A stretch of DNA of 64,000 bases from a virus. The notes under the pieces are model-generated. The model was not told where the DNA came from. It saw only the letters and a list, made by a program, of their open reading frames with translations, and did no database searches. Positions 1 through 8,825 of this stretch are shown in pieces; within the stretch, counting starts at the first letter, position 1, and every line of letters begins with the position of its first letter. A program made the translations under genes and the position numbers. Location of the stretch: IMG/VR virus record IMGVR_UViG_3300042197_001007; one strand, 5' to 3'.

Positions 1-706
1 CTTTCGACTTGGACAAATATATGATAGTCGATGCTGCGTACTTTAGTCCAGTACCACCACCCATTTCTTTTTGTGGCACATACGATCCGATCACATCATA
101 AGTATGGTTGGTCACGATCATGGGAACATTTGCTTGCCCAAGTTTTAGGGTCAGCACACGGAAAGCACCTTTGATTAGTTGTGATTTAGTCATGTCACGA
201 ACTTGCTTGTCGTTGGCAACATCTTCCATCTCTTTGGTGGTAGAAAGCATACCAAGACTATCCAGGACAAACATCAACGGTTGACGTTCATCTTTTGGTT
301 CTTTGAGGTACTTGTCAAGAATACGAACTGCTTGTGTTCTAAACTCTTCAATTGTTCCGACAGGAAAGATTACCATACGCTTACTATCAATCCCACGACT
401 TTCAATCATATCGCGGGAAATAGCAGACTCACTTTCAAAGTAAATGACGCCACCATCAGGGTTAGCATTAAGAAAACTGCGAACGAGAGACAAAGCAAAA
501 AATGTTTTTCCAGTGCTTGTTTCCCCAGCCAGTGCGGTGACTTTGTTAGATGGGATCCCACCAAAGATAGATCCACTAACCAGTGCGTTAAAAATGAAAG
601 AACCCGTATCAACAAAAGTAGTAATGTCACCAGCGGCAACACCATCACTAACCAGAGCAGCATACTCATTGCCACTGTCTTTAATAACTGAATCTAAAAA
701 TCCCAT
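1..706 (-). CDS. uvsX: UvsX RecA-like recombinase (3' end runs off window)
   Basis: Missed by the ORF track. Manual translation from ATG at 706 gives [22 protein letters not shown]...[12 protein letters not shown] (Walker A)...FVLDSLGML...TNHTY...[11 protein letters not shown]. Lies after gp43 as in T4-like cyanophages. Confidence 0.95.
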   Translation of the reverse strand, partial: MGFLDSVIKDSGNEYAALVSDGVAAGDITTFVDTGSFIFNALVSGSIFGGIPSNKVTALAGETSTGKTFFALSLVRSFLNANPDGGVIYFESESAISRDMIESRGIDSKRMVIFPVGTIEEFRTQAVRILDKYLKEPKDERQPLMFVLDSLGMLSTTKEMEDVANDKQVRDMTKSQLIKGAFRVLTLKLGQANVPMIVTNHTYDVIGSYVPQKEMGGGTGLKYAASTIIYLSKSK

Positions 707-864
707 TGTTTTGCCTCATCTTCGTACATATTAACATAAGAATAGTTGTTGCTCATCATTTTAGCAAATGCTCTGGCAGTTTCATACTCCTCAAAGCACT
801 TGATGCTATCTGGACCAATCTGCCCAACAACATGATTGGTCCAACTCACAACCCAGACATTCAT
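694..864 (-). CDS. Hypothetical protein, 56 aa
   Basis: Manual translation [60 protein letters not shown] overlap with the gp43 stop; fills the gap to uvsX. Confidence 0.7.
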   Translation of the reverse strand: MNVWVVSWTNHVVGQIGPDSIKCFEEYETARAFAKMMSNNYSYVNMYEDEAKQWDF

Positions 865-3362
865 TCAAAGAAGCTCCCAATCGTAACTACTTTCTCGTGT
901 TTCCATCCAATACATTCTAACACATTTTTGAGTGGTTCAAGAAAAGACTTTTCAAATTGTGTTTGATAGTCTACATATTTTTCAAGACCAAACTCCTGTG
1001 GTAACTCACCAAAGAAACTAATACAGTTCTCGTGAATTGTATTGGGGGTTTTAAGATACATAAACTTGATCTTTTCTCCCTCTTGAATAAGTTGATGCTT
1101 GTGTTCAATCTTATGTTTTTTGACATAATGATTATAAAGCAGAGCACCTCTTACATGAATGGGGGTTCCTTTTCTGTAAATTTCTGTGGGGTGACGATAC
1201 TTTGCCAAATTGTTAACTCCTCTGGGGAAGGCAACTTCTGAATAGGGTCGCTTTCTGGTTTCATCACGGACAACATTGATGAAATTGATGAGTTCATCAT
1301 TTGTCTTGCCGATAATAATCTTGAAGGCTTCATACAATTTGTCTCTGAAATATGCCGGAGTTGAAGATCTGGCAGTTTCAAGACCCATGATTTTCATCTT
1401 TGGGTCGGCATATCTAACACCTTCACTATCCCATACATTGAGAATGTAACGCTTCTTTGCTGTCCAGATGCCACGGTCGGCAATGTTCTCCCGTTTCATC
1501 TGCATCTTCTGATCATACGCATTCATATAATCAGCTAGTTCTTGATAGGACTTTTCAATGAAAGGTTCAATCTGTGTCTGACATGCCTTGTCAAGAAAAG
1601 AAACGATCTTTGCTTTCTCTGGCAATTTGTCGCCAAAGACATTTTGAACAAGAGCATCAAGACACAGATAAATGCTATCAGTATCAGAAGCAATCACATA
1701 ATCAACGTCACCAGTCTTCAACACCTTATTTAGATATTGGTTCATTTTGTTCTCAATCCAACGAATTGAGAGCTGACCAGATAAGGTGATCGCTTCAGCA
1801 TTTGCTAACTTATAATAACGGAAGTGCTCGTTACCGATAGCACCATAGGCAGAGTTCAGAGAGATCTTCTTTGCCATCTGAATGTTATTGTATCTGGCAA
1901 TATCTTTCATGAGTTCCACGGTGGGTGTCTTCTCATACTGCTGTTTAGCAGCAAGCATTTTCTTCTTGTAGATGACACGACCATCATACATTTTCTGCAT
2001 CATCTGAGGTAGGAACCCGTGAACGTCTTTGCGATACTGTGCTCCATTAGCGGCGACACAATGATCTCCCTCAATCTTTACTTTTTTATTCAAAAGATCA
2101 TCAACGTTTGCTCCAGAGTGTCTCTCGTCTAACAAAGTCTCGGGGGAAATATTGTACTGCATGATCAAGTGCGGATACAGACTATTAAGGTCAAAAGAAA
2201 CAACCCAGTCATAAAAACCAGGAATAGGTTCTTTCACATATGCTCCAGCATACTTGGCATCCTTAACAGCTTCCTTTTTGGGAGGAATAGCAATCTTGCG
2301 CTTCAGTAGTTCAACAAAAATGTAATTGTCCCACATGCGAACTTGTGAGAAGACATCTTCATAATTTACTTTGGCGTCATATGCCATAGTAAACGCCAAA
2401 TCAAGAAGCTTCATCTTGTCATCTAATTGATCTACAAGGCGAACGTCATGAATGTTGTATTCAATAAACTTCTGCCAGTCGTTTTCGTAGAACTCTTTGA
2501 ATGTATCAAATTCACTGTGATCCAGTTTGTTGGCACCAAGTTCTACAAAAGCAATATGATCAAGACGATAACTCTCTTGGTTTGTATAGGTGAATTTTTT
2601 ATACAACTCAAGATAATCCAATGTAGAAATGCCAAGAGTATCCACAGCAAACTGCTTACGACCTTTGATAAAGATCTCTCGTTGAGACACAAGTTTCCAA
2701 GGAGAAAGAAGTTTAACGTATTTGTCTCCAAGCAAACGTTCAATGCGATTACAAATATATGGCATGTCAAACAACTGAACATTCCATCCAGTAATCACGT
2801 CTGGATAGTTTGTTTGCCAATAATCAAGAAAAGCAGATAGCATACTCTCTTCTTGACGAAAATGCATGTAGTCAACCATCGGATCTTTATTATCAAATGG
2901 TCTCGCACCCCATACAGTAATGCGACCAGTGAAGCTATCTTTGATAGAGATTGCGAGGATCTCTTGATCAGCAGATGCTACATCAGGAAATCCATTCTCT
3001 GCTGAAGTCTCAATGTCAATCGTGAATACACGGATCTTGCTACTATCAAACTTAATCTCATCCTCTGGATGTTCTTCGGCAATGTATTGATATAGAAATC
3101 TGGTGTTGCCGTGAATTTGAAAATCTTCTACTTGATCATACTTTTTTACAAAGTCTCTCGCCTCAGAAATAGATCCAAACTTATGTGGTTCTACGCAATG
3201 ACCCTCAAGAGTTCTCCACTCAGAATAATTTTTTGTAGGGAGGTATAACGTAGGATTAAAAGGAACCCTAACGCTATACCTCGCTTCTGTACTTTTACCA
3301 CATTCATAACCACGCACCAGCAATCGGTTGCCAGCTTGTTCAACATTAGTGTAAAACTTCAT
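861..3362 (-). CDS. gp43: Family B DNA polymerase
   Basis: Exo motif DIET; SFDLNSLYP, KISLNSAYG and SDTDS polymerase motifs; 833 aa, uninterrupted. Confidence 0.99.
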   Translation of the reverse strand: MKFYTNVEQAGNRLLVRGYECGKSTEARYSVRVPFNPTLYLPTKNYSEWRTLEGHCVEPHKFGSISEARDFVKKYDQVEDFQIHGNTRFLYQYIAEEHPEDEIKFDSSKIRVFTIDIETSAENGFPDVASADQEILAISIKDSFTGRITVWGARPFDNKDPMVDYMHFRQEESMLSAFLDYWQTNYPDVITGWNVQLFDMPYICNRIERLLGDKYVKLLSPWKLVSQREIFIKGRKQFAVDTLGISTLDYLELYKKFTYTNQESYRLDHIAFVELGANKLDHSEFDTFKEFYENDWQKFIEYNIHDVRLVDQLDDKMKLLDLAFTMAYDAKVNYEDVFSQVRMWDNYIFVELLKRKIAIPPKKEAVKDAKYAGAYVKEPIPGFYDWVVSFDLNSLYPHLIMQYNISPETLLDERHSGANVDDLLNKKVKIEGDHCVAANGAQYRKDVHGFLPQMMQKMYDGRVIYKKKMLAAKQQYEKTPTVELMKDIARYNNIQMAKKISLNSAYGAIGNEHFRYYKLANAEAITLSGQLSIRWIENKMNQYLNKVLKTGDVDYVIASDTDSIYLCLDALVQNVFGDKLPEKAKIVSFLDKACQTQIEPFIEKSYQELADYMNAYDQKMQMKRENIADRGIWTAKKRYILNVWDSEGVRYADPKMKIMGLETARSSTPAYFRDKLYEAFKIIIGKTNDELINFINVVRDETRKRPYSEVAFPRGVNNLAKYRHPTEIYRKGTPIHVRGALLYNHYVKKHKIEHKHQLIQEGEKIKFMYLKTPNTIHENCISFFGELPQEFGLEKYVDYQTQFEKSFLEPLKNVLECIGWKHEKVVTIGSFFE

Positions 3363-3631
3363 TCAGACTTTGGCGGATCAACTTTGAGCAGATAGACAGC
3401 AAGTAGTTTGCTGTTTGGATTGACAAGTGTGGTGATGTCAGAAGACCTGACAATCACCTCACGATCATTTGAATGGCGAGGCCATGGATATATCTCTCCA
3501 TCACATTCTACCACATATGGTTCTCGTAGAACACAGTCGGGGTCACCTATTGAAGTGGCACCCTCAACCTCCTCTACTTGAGCGATAATCCACTCATTCG
3601 CCAGCTTCAGTAGGTTCGCTGTTGTCTCCAT
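3359..3631 (-). CDS. Hypothetical protein, Sm-like paralog C
   Basis: ATGA overlap with gp43 start; shares L-x-L...EPY...W-P-x-S...P pattern with the two upstream ORFs. Confidence 0.8.
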   Translation of the reverse strand: METTANLLKLANEWIIAQVEEVEGATSIGDPDCVLREPYVVECDGEIYPWPRHSNDREVIVRSSDITTLVNPNSKLLAVYLLKVDPPKSE

Positions 3632-3977
3632 CCTGTTTTACCTCAAAGAAAAGTTGTTCATCCGTAAGTCCATACTCTTTTAACTTGAGTACATAATTAT
3701 CAAGAATATTGTTGTCAGGATAAACAACACTAATGATATGTTCACCGCTCAAGCGATGCTCCTCAATTGGACTGTATGGGCACCATCTTTCATATTGAAT
3801 AGGAACAGTTCCATCTTCATTTGGAGATCCAAGACTTAGAGCATATGGATACAACATTCTATATCCAACTACTTTATCATCATCTCCCTTAACTTCACCA
3901 AACATACACAGAACTCTTTCCGCAGTGGTAAGAGTTACAATGCGAATTCCATGATTAGTCTTCAGTTGCTCTGTCAT
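3594..3977 (-). CDS. Hypothetical protein, Sm-like paralog B
   Basis: 127 aa; IVTLTTAERV...YPY...WCPYS pattern. Confidence 0.85.
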   Translation of the reverse strand: MTEQLKTNHGIRIVTLTTAERVLCMFGEVKGDDDKVVGYRMLYPYALSLGSPNEDGTVPIQYERWCPYSPIEEHRLSGEHIISVVYPDNNILDNYVLKLKEYGLTDEQLFFEVKQDGDNSEPTEAGE

Positions 3978-4302
3978 TTTCTAGTTCCTTCTTCTGGGTG
4001 ATTTTATTTTCATAAGCTTTTTGTAGTCCCGGTTCAGGACTACTGATTGTCATAACACAATCATACGGAATTTTAAACATGGTATCTGGAGAATATGGGT
4101 TCCACTTGCTAAAGCGAACTTGATATTCCATTCCATGTGCTTCTGTTAGATACTGAGGTGTAGTGCCATCCAGACTTAAAACATAAGGTTCGTCCATCAA
4201 AAGACAAATTCCTTTTTTATTATCGTCTTCACCATCAAAGACTTCTTTAAGTTCTGTAATGACACGATCCCCCGTCTTAAGTGTAACGATTGATACTGCC
4301 AT
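3955..4302 (-). CDS. Hypothetical protein, Sm-like paralog A
   Basis: 115 aa; IVTLKTGDRVI...EPY...WNPYS pattern; directly below a sigma70-like promoter. Confidence 0.85.
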   Translation of the reverse strand: MAVSIVTLKTGDRVITELKEVFDGEDDNKKGICLLMDEPYVLSLDGTTPQYLTEAHGMEYQVRFSKWNPYSPDTMFKIPYDCVMTISSPEPGLQKAYENKITQKKELENDRATED

Positions 4303-4323
4303 AGTTAATAGTTATTTGATATT

Positions 4324-4352
4324 AGTTTAGCATCAAAAAGGGGCACCGTCAA
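4324..4352 (-). promoter_or_regulatory. Host-type sigma70 promoter for the Sm-like trio, gp43 and uvsX
   Basis: TTGACG-17 nt-TAAACT with TG extended -10. Confidence 0.8.
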
Positions 4353-4359
4353 GTGCCCC
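4335..4359 (-). terminator. Intrinsic terminator after hsp20
   Basis: GGGGCAC-ttgacg-GTGCCCC followed by TTTTT. Confidence 0.8.
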
Positions 4360-4365
4360 GAATAT

Positions 4366-4770
4366 TTAGAACCACTTCTTTCTCTTTTGTTTCTCCGGAA
4401 GTTCTTTTCTCAACACAATTGTTAAAAGACCATCTTTAAAATCTACACTCTCAACTTCTACATCTTCCGCCATTTGCCAATTACGAGTAAATGACCTTTG
4501 AGAAATTCCCTTATGCTGATACTTGCGTTCTTTTTCTTCCTTTGATTTTTGAGCAGATACTGTTAGAACATGTCGTTCAGTTGCGACCTCAATATCTTCT
4601 TTTGTAAATCCTGCCAAAGCGACCTCAAGTATGGTTCTGCCATCATCTCCGTTAACCACGTTGTACAGAGGATAACTATATCCATTTCCCGCAATAGCTT
4701 CAAGTCTTCTGAATGTTTCATCTAATCCAATAGAATGTGGTGTATATGTTTCCCAATTAAATGTTACCAT
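4366..4770 (-). CDS. hsp20: Small heat shock protein (alpha-crystallin domain)
   Basis: YPLYNVV...LEVALAGF...HKGISQRSFTRNW...DGLLTIVL; AGGA Shine-Dalgarno upstream. Confidence 0.96.
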   Translation of the reverse strand: MVTFNWETYTPHSIGLDETFRRLEAIAGNGYSYPLYNVVNGDDGRTILEVALAGFTKEDIEVATERHVLTVSAQKSKEEKERKYQHKGISQRSFTRNWQMAEDVEVESVDFKDGLLTIVLRKELPEKQKRKKWF

Positions 4771-4816
4771 TGTCCTAAAAAAGCGACGTTTACATGTGAC
4801 CCGTTAGGCATCACAT
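4771..4816 (-). promoter_or_regulatory. Two-hairpin 5' leader of hsp20, ROSE-like RNA thermometer candidate
   Basis: Hairpin 1 ATGTGAT(G)CC-TAAC-GGGTCACAT. Hairpin 2 GTC(G)CT-TTTTT-AGGAC sequesters the SD and has a bulged G in a UCGCU motif. Confidence 0.6.
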
Positions 4817-4837
4817 TAATAATTATATACCAAACAT

Positions 4838-4865
4838 AAAAAATGGGGATCGTAAAAACCCCCAT
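4838..4865 (-). terminator. Intrinsic terminator after regA
   Basis: ATGGGGgtt-tttac-gatCCCCAT followed by a T run. Confidence 0.7.
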
Positions 4866-4877
4866 GAATACTACGGT

Positions 4878-5303
4878 TTATTCGCCAACTACCTTTTTTC
4901 TGCCAATATTATATTTGCTTTCCAAAGTCCATTCATCCTTTTCCTTGAAAGCAAGCACTTTAATTTGATTAAGAGGAGCTAGATCACTAATTTTTTCTGG
5001 TGTAACCACAGTAACCAATCCCCAATCGCTAAGCAACTGGATAATACGATTACGACGTTGAAGATCATTCAAAGAAAAGTTTGTGTTTTTTCCATCAAGG
5101 GCAAACAACTCTTTAAAATGAACAATATAATACTTACCTTGCTTATGAAGAATATGGCAAGATTGATAAATTTTCTTTTCTTTGCGTGAAGCAACACCAA
5201 TCCTGGTTAAAGTTTCTCGTACCTTTAGAAAATCATCAGGTTCTCCAAGAAGTACTTCAACCATGTCTGATTGTTTCCACTGGATTTCAGTTTCTGCGGT
5301 CAT
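4878..5303 (-). CDS. regA: Translational repressor RegA
   Basis: DFLKVRETLTRIG...YQSCHILHKQGKYYIVHFKELF is the RegA signature. ATG at 5303 chosen over the upstream GTG. Confidence 0.97.
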   Translation of the reverse strand: MTAETEIQWKQSDMVEVLLGEPDDFLKVRETLTRIGVASRKEKKIYQSCHILHKQGKYYIVHFKELFALDGKNTNFSLNDLQRRNRIIQLLSDWGLVTVVTPEKISDLAPLNQIKVLAFKEKDEWTLESKYNIGRKKVVGE

Positions 5304-5685
5304 TCTTTCCACCTTTATCTAACACTTTTTTAATATGATCTAACTGATCCTTTGTGAGAACCCTAAGTGCCTGTAGAGCTTTATCGTCATTATAACCATA
5401 ATACTCTTTGACTACATCAAGATAATCAATCGAATCTTTTTTTGCCCAGGGAGAAAATCTCTTTCTAGGTTTGAGACTATTTAGTAAGAAATCATACTGA
5501 AGTTTCTTTGGCAGATGAGAGTTCTTATTCATCTCATTCGCAAACAGTATAGTGTCAGTAAAGGAACTAAGGCAGCGATTAATAATATATGGTGGATATG
5601 CTTTCTCAGCATCAATATCATCTTCAAGAATGTTTTTCTTGGATTGATTGATGCTGTAAAGATAATCCTTCAGTTGATATGTCAT
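5287..5685 (-). CDS. gp62: Clamp loader small subunit
   Basis: YPPYIINRCLS...KPRKRFSPWAKK...EYYGY; upstream of regA. Confidence 0.93.
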   Translation of the reverse strand: MTYQLKDYLYSINQSKKNILEDDIDAEKAYPPYIINRCLSSFTDTILFANEMNKNSHLPKKLQYDFLLNSLKPRKRFSPWAKKDSIDYLDVVKEYYGYNDDKALQALRVLTKDQLDHIKKVLDKGGKNDRRN

Positions 5686-5825
5686 TTAAATACGGCAGTT
5701 ACATTCACAACCTTGGCGGTCGGGTTGCGAGCAAGAGCGGTGACACGGGCATCTTGATAGTTTGCCGCCTCAACGACCTCATCGAAAACACGACCATTGA
5801 CGTAGAGTTGAACTTTAATTTTCAT
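5682..5825 (-). CDS. Hypothetical protein, 47 aa
   Basis: Manual translation MKIKVQLYVNGRVFDEVVEAANYQDARVTALARNPTAKVVNVTAVFK; AAGGA SD-like site upstream; ATGA overlap with gp62. Confidence 0.75.
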   Translation of the reverse strand: MKIKVQLYVNGRVFDEVVEAANYQDARVTALARNPTAKVVNVTAVFK

Positions 5826-6699
5826 AGTTGTAAAGGACGAGTTCCTTGCGTTCTGCTTGATCTATTGTATAGGACCCGACCGAGCGCATCGTGTAGGTAT
5901 GTGCAAATTCTCCAACTGTCCACTCCTTGAACCGCTCCCTCACGAGGTTGGAGCTATTGTATGAGACCAGTTGAGAGCAAGCAAACTCATCGCAAGTAGT
6001 AGCAAACTTATCGTGATCAAATCCTTTGTGCATTGATCCTTTATTCCCATAGAGATTATCCTTAATGTCGTAAGGAGGATCAAGATAAACAAATACATCT
6101 TTGTAGTTTGACAACAAACTTTCGTATGAATAGTTAGTAATCTTCCAATCTTTAATTAGATTACCATACTCTGGAATTTTCTCAATGTTATTCATAGAGA
6201 AGTTGCTGACACTTGCTTGTCCAGAAAAAGAAGAACTTTCAGTCAGTCCAGAAAAGCTACACTTATTGATAATATAAAAAGCAACCGCACGATAGAAATC
6301 TTCTGCTTCTGGGTGATTGAGTTGGATCTTCATTTCATTGAAGAGTTCTCTACCTTTTTCATAATATGCTTCCAGTTCTGCTGGAGTAGCATCACTTTTG
6401 TCTGGTACATCTCCAAGATCTTCTTTGTATCTTTTCAGACACTCATAGAGTTCTTTTGGATCATCACGAAGAACAGACCAGAAAGTGTATAGAGGATTAT
6501 ACAGATCGTTCACCCAGATTTGAATTCCAGGATAACGCTTGGTAACTTCAAGTGCTACGGAACCACCACCAAGGAAAGGTTCACGAAACTCTCGGTAACC
6601 TTCCAGATCTGGCATAAACTGAAAAAGTTTTGGAAGTGCTCTACTCTTCCCGCCCGGATAGCGCAATGGTGTTTTCAGGGATTTCAAAGTCTGGGGCAT
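5815..6699 (-). CDS. dam: DNA adenine methyltransferase (Dam/D12 class)
   Basis: PLRYPGGKSR, motif I EPFLGGGSV, motif IV DPPY. Confidence 0.95.
   Translation of the reverse strand: MPQTLKSLKTPLRYPGGKSRALPKLFQFMPDLEGYREFREPFLGGGSVALEVTKRYPGIQIWVNDLYNPLYTFWSVLRDDPKELYECLKRYKEDLGDVPDKSDATPAELEAYYEKGRELFNEMKIQLNHPEAEDFYRAVAFYIINKCSFSGLTESSSFSGQASVSNFSMNNIEKIPEYGNLIKDWKITNYSYESLLSNYKDVFVYLDPPYDIKDNLYGNKGSMHKGFDHDKFATTCDEFACSQLVSYNSSNLVRERFKEWTVGEFAHTYTMRSVGSYTIDQAERKELVLYNYEN
5864..5920 (-). promoter_or_regulatory. Palindromic early-type box plus -10 (copy 3)
   Basis: GACAGTT-ggag-AATTTG, 34 nt, then TACAAT; inside the 3' end of dam. Confidence 0.55.
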
Positions 6700-6883
6700 G
6701 ATATTTAAGGTACTCTCTAAAAGTAAGTTTCATTTCTTTCTGCGTCATACCACAATGTTTGGCAGCAGCAGGTAAGGTCATTTTAGCACGAAAGAGAGCT
6801 TCATTTGCTTCTCTCACGTTATCTGGATTTGTTTTTACTGGAACATCATATAGGTCCCATTTACTAATTTTGAATTGGTTCAT
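6641..6883 (-). CDS. Hypothetical protein, possible HTH
   Basis: 80 aa; ATGA overlap with gp44 stop; TLPAAAKHCGMTQKEM resembles a helix-turn-helix. Confidence 0.7.
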   Translation of the reverse strand: MNQFKISKWDLYDVPVKTNPDNVREANEALFRAKMTLPAAAKHCGMTQKEMKLTFREYLKYHAPDFEIPENTIALSGREE

Positions 6884-7824
6884 TTAAACTCGCAACTCAT
6901 CATAATCTCAGTCAAACAAGCAAGAAGATTAACTTCTTGATCAGGAACAATTGTGATGTCTCGCATGTATTTTGCGATGATCAAAACTGCTTCTGGAATA
7001 GAAGCTGGTTTCAAAACCTCATACAAACTATCATAGACCTTACGCATGATCATACTGGGATCGTTATCCAGATGTTGAACAACCCAGTTCTTCACCGTAG
7101 TAAATTCTTTCTTCTTCAATGAAGTGAGTAGAGTGTCCAGATTGACATCAGCAACATCAACAAGAATAGCGGAACTGATAGCGCCAGTCGCAGCATAACG
7201 CTGGCATTCGTTGATGAGACGGCGCCAGTCTGGGTAATATCTTTTGATGAGTTTGGCAAGGACTTTATCTTCATATTCAACTTGTTCGTGGGTGAGAATA
7301 GTTTTAAGACGAGTAAAAAACTCTCCCTGAAGTTGAATTGCCTGATCTGGTTTGATCCTGAAATCCACGACTGTGCATCGGGAATGGAGAGGTTCAATAA
7401 TCTTGTTGATGAAGTTACAGGTGAAGATGAAGCGACAATTGCCATGGAACTCCTCCACGGCGGTCCTGAGGGACAGTTGAACGTCGTTGGTGGTGTTGTC
7501 TGCCTCATCAATGATAACGACCTTGTGGGACGCCCCAGAGGTCAGAGAGATCGTTGTGGCGAACTGACGGACCCGATTGCGTACCGTATCCAGAAACCGC
7601 CCCTCGTCCGAACCGTTAATGACGATATAGGAAGCCCCGATCTCATGACATAACGCTTTGGCAATTGTGGTCTTTCCGACACCAGCAGTGCCAGTAAGCA
7701 GAAGGTTAGGGATTTCTTCTTGTGCGACAAATCCTTTGAATACATCTTTAATACTTTCAGGAAGAATACAATCCTCAACACACGAAGGACGGTATTTTTC
7801 CACCCACAAAAACTCTTTACTCAT
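6880..7824 (-). CDS. gp44: Clamp loader AAA+ large subunit
   Basis: LWVEKYRP, GTAGVGKTT, IIDEAD, PLHSRC. Confidence 0.98.
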   Translation of the reverse strand: MSKEFLWVEKYRPSCVEDCILPESIKDVFKGFVAQEEIPNLLLTGTAGVGKTTIAKALCHEIGASYIVINGSDEGRFLDTVRNRVRQFATTISLTSGASHKVVIIDEADNTTNDVQLSLRTAVEEFHGNCRFIFTCNFINKIIEPLHSRCTVVDFRIKPDQAIQLQGEFFTRLKTILTHEQVEYEDKVLAKLIKRYYPDWRRLINECQRYAATGAISSAILVDVADVNLDTLLTSLKKKEFTTVKNWVVQHLDNDPSMIMRKVYDSLYEVLKPASIPEAVLIIAKYMRDITIVPDQEVNLLACLTEIMMSCEFK

Positions 7825-8156
7825 TCCAATTCTCGCATAACAATTTGTTTTACAATGTCAGTGGCATTCAGTTCTGCCCTCATATATTCTACACCATCTT
7901 CTGGTCTGGTGTGATCTCCGCAAGTAAAGATGTCACAAACTGCTGTGCCATTCTCTGGCCAAGTATGAATACTGATGTGACTTTCAGCAAGCATAGCAAA
8001 AGCGGTAACTCCTTGTGGTTCAAACTTATGTGACTTTAAAACAAGCAAAGTAGATTTACAGTACTTTGCTGCTTGAAAAAGTACATCTCTGATAAAACCT
8101 TCGTCGTCAAGGTCATCAGCAGCACACCCCTTCAGGGTAAAAAGAATGTGTTTCAA
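7821..8156 (-). CDS. speD: S-adenosylmethionine decarboxylase-family pyruvoyl proenzyme
   Basis: FEPQGVT...LAESHISIHTWPE...CDIFTCG; ES autocleavage site intact. Confidence 0.92.
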   Translation of the reverse strand: MKHILFTLKGCAADDLDDEGFIRDVLFQAAKYCKSTLLVLKSHKFEPQGVTAFAMLAESHISIHTWPENGTAVCDIFTCGDHTRPEDGVEYMRAELNATDIVKQIVMRELE

Positions 8157-8159
8157 TCG

Positions 8160-8825
8160 TCATGGCTCCAACGCAATATAGTATTTAAGGTCCAAATTCT
8201 GATTTGTCCATTCGGAAATCAAATGTTTGGATATTTTAACAACGTAGTCACCAGGGAACAGACGGATGTTTTCAATCTTAACGTCCAATGAATAATCGCC
8301 AGTACAATCACCAGAAATGGATTGCTCGTAAGTATTGCTGGTATCATTCTCTTTGTCACGAAGGATGAGTTTGATTTGATTGTCTTCGCTCTGGAAAGTC
8401 AGATCAGGAAGACTATAGACAGCAGATGCTTTTTGAAGAGAAAGAAGATCTTCACCAGTAATGTTGAACTGGATATCAGCACCAGGAAACTTTACATTCT
8501 TTTCGGGTGCCGACTTCAGCGTAATCTCTGGATCAGAAAAATAGTAACGAGCAGACTTGCCGCCACCACGAATATTAACAAAGTCGCTGGAAGAGAATTC
8601 CAGTTCAGGATTGTTAAACAGAGAGATGCCAGAAAGAAACTGACTGAGATCATAAATTGCGAAGTCCATCGGAAATACTTCTTCGCTTGAGAACGCTGCC
8701 AGAATGTTTTCCGCATTGCTGATAGTGCGTACTGTGCTTCCTTCTCGGAATACGATGGAGGAATTGATAGTGGAGAAGTTCTTAAGGACATCAAATGTCT
8801 TCTTAGATAGGATTACTTTACTCAT
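8160..8825 (-). CDS. gp45: Sliding clamp
   Basis: LKNFSTINSSI...FAIYDLSQFL...YYIALEP. Confidence 0.96.
   Translation of the reverse strand: MSKVILSKKTFDVLKNFSTINSSIVFREGSTVRTISNAENILAAFSSEEVFPMDFAIYDLSQFLSGISLFNNPELEFSSSDFVNIRGGGKSARYYFSDPEITLKSAPEKNVKFPGADIQFNITGEDLLSLQKASAVYSLPDLTFQSEDNQIKLILRDKENDTSNTYEQSISGDCTGDYSLDVKIENIRLFPGDYVVKISKHLISEWTNQNLDLKYYIALEP

Noticed and set aside
203-966. ORF-track calls 203-691+, 406-675-, 444-734+, 706-966+
   Set aside because: They overlap the true uvsX frame and the 56-aa ORF; alternative-frame artefacts.
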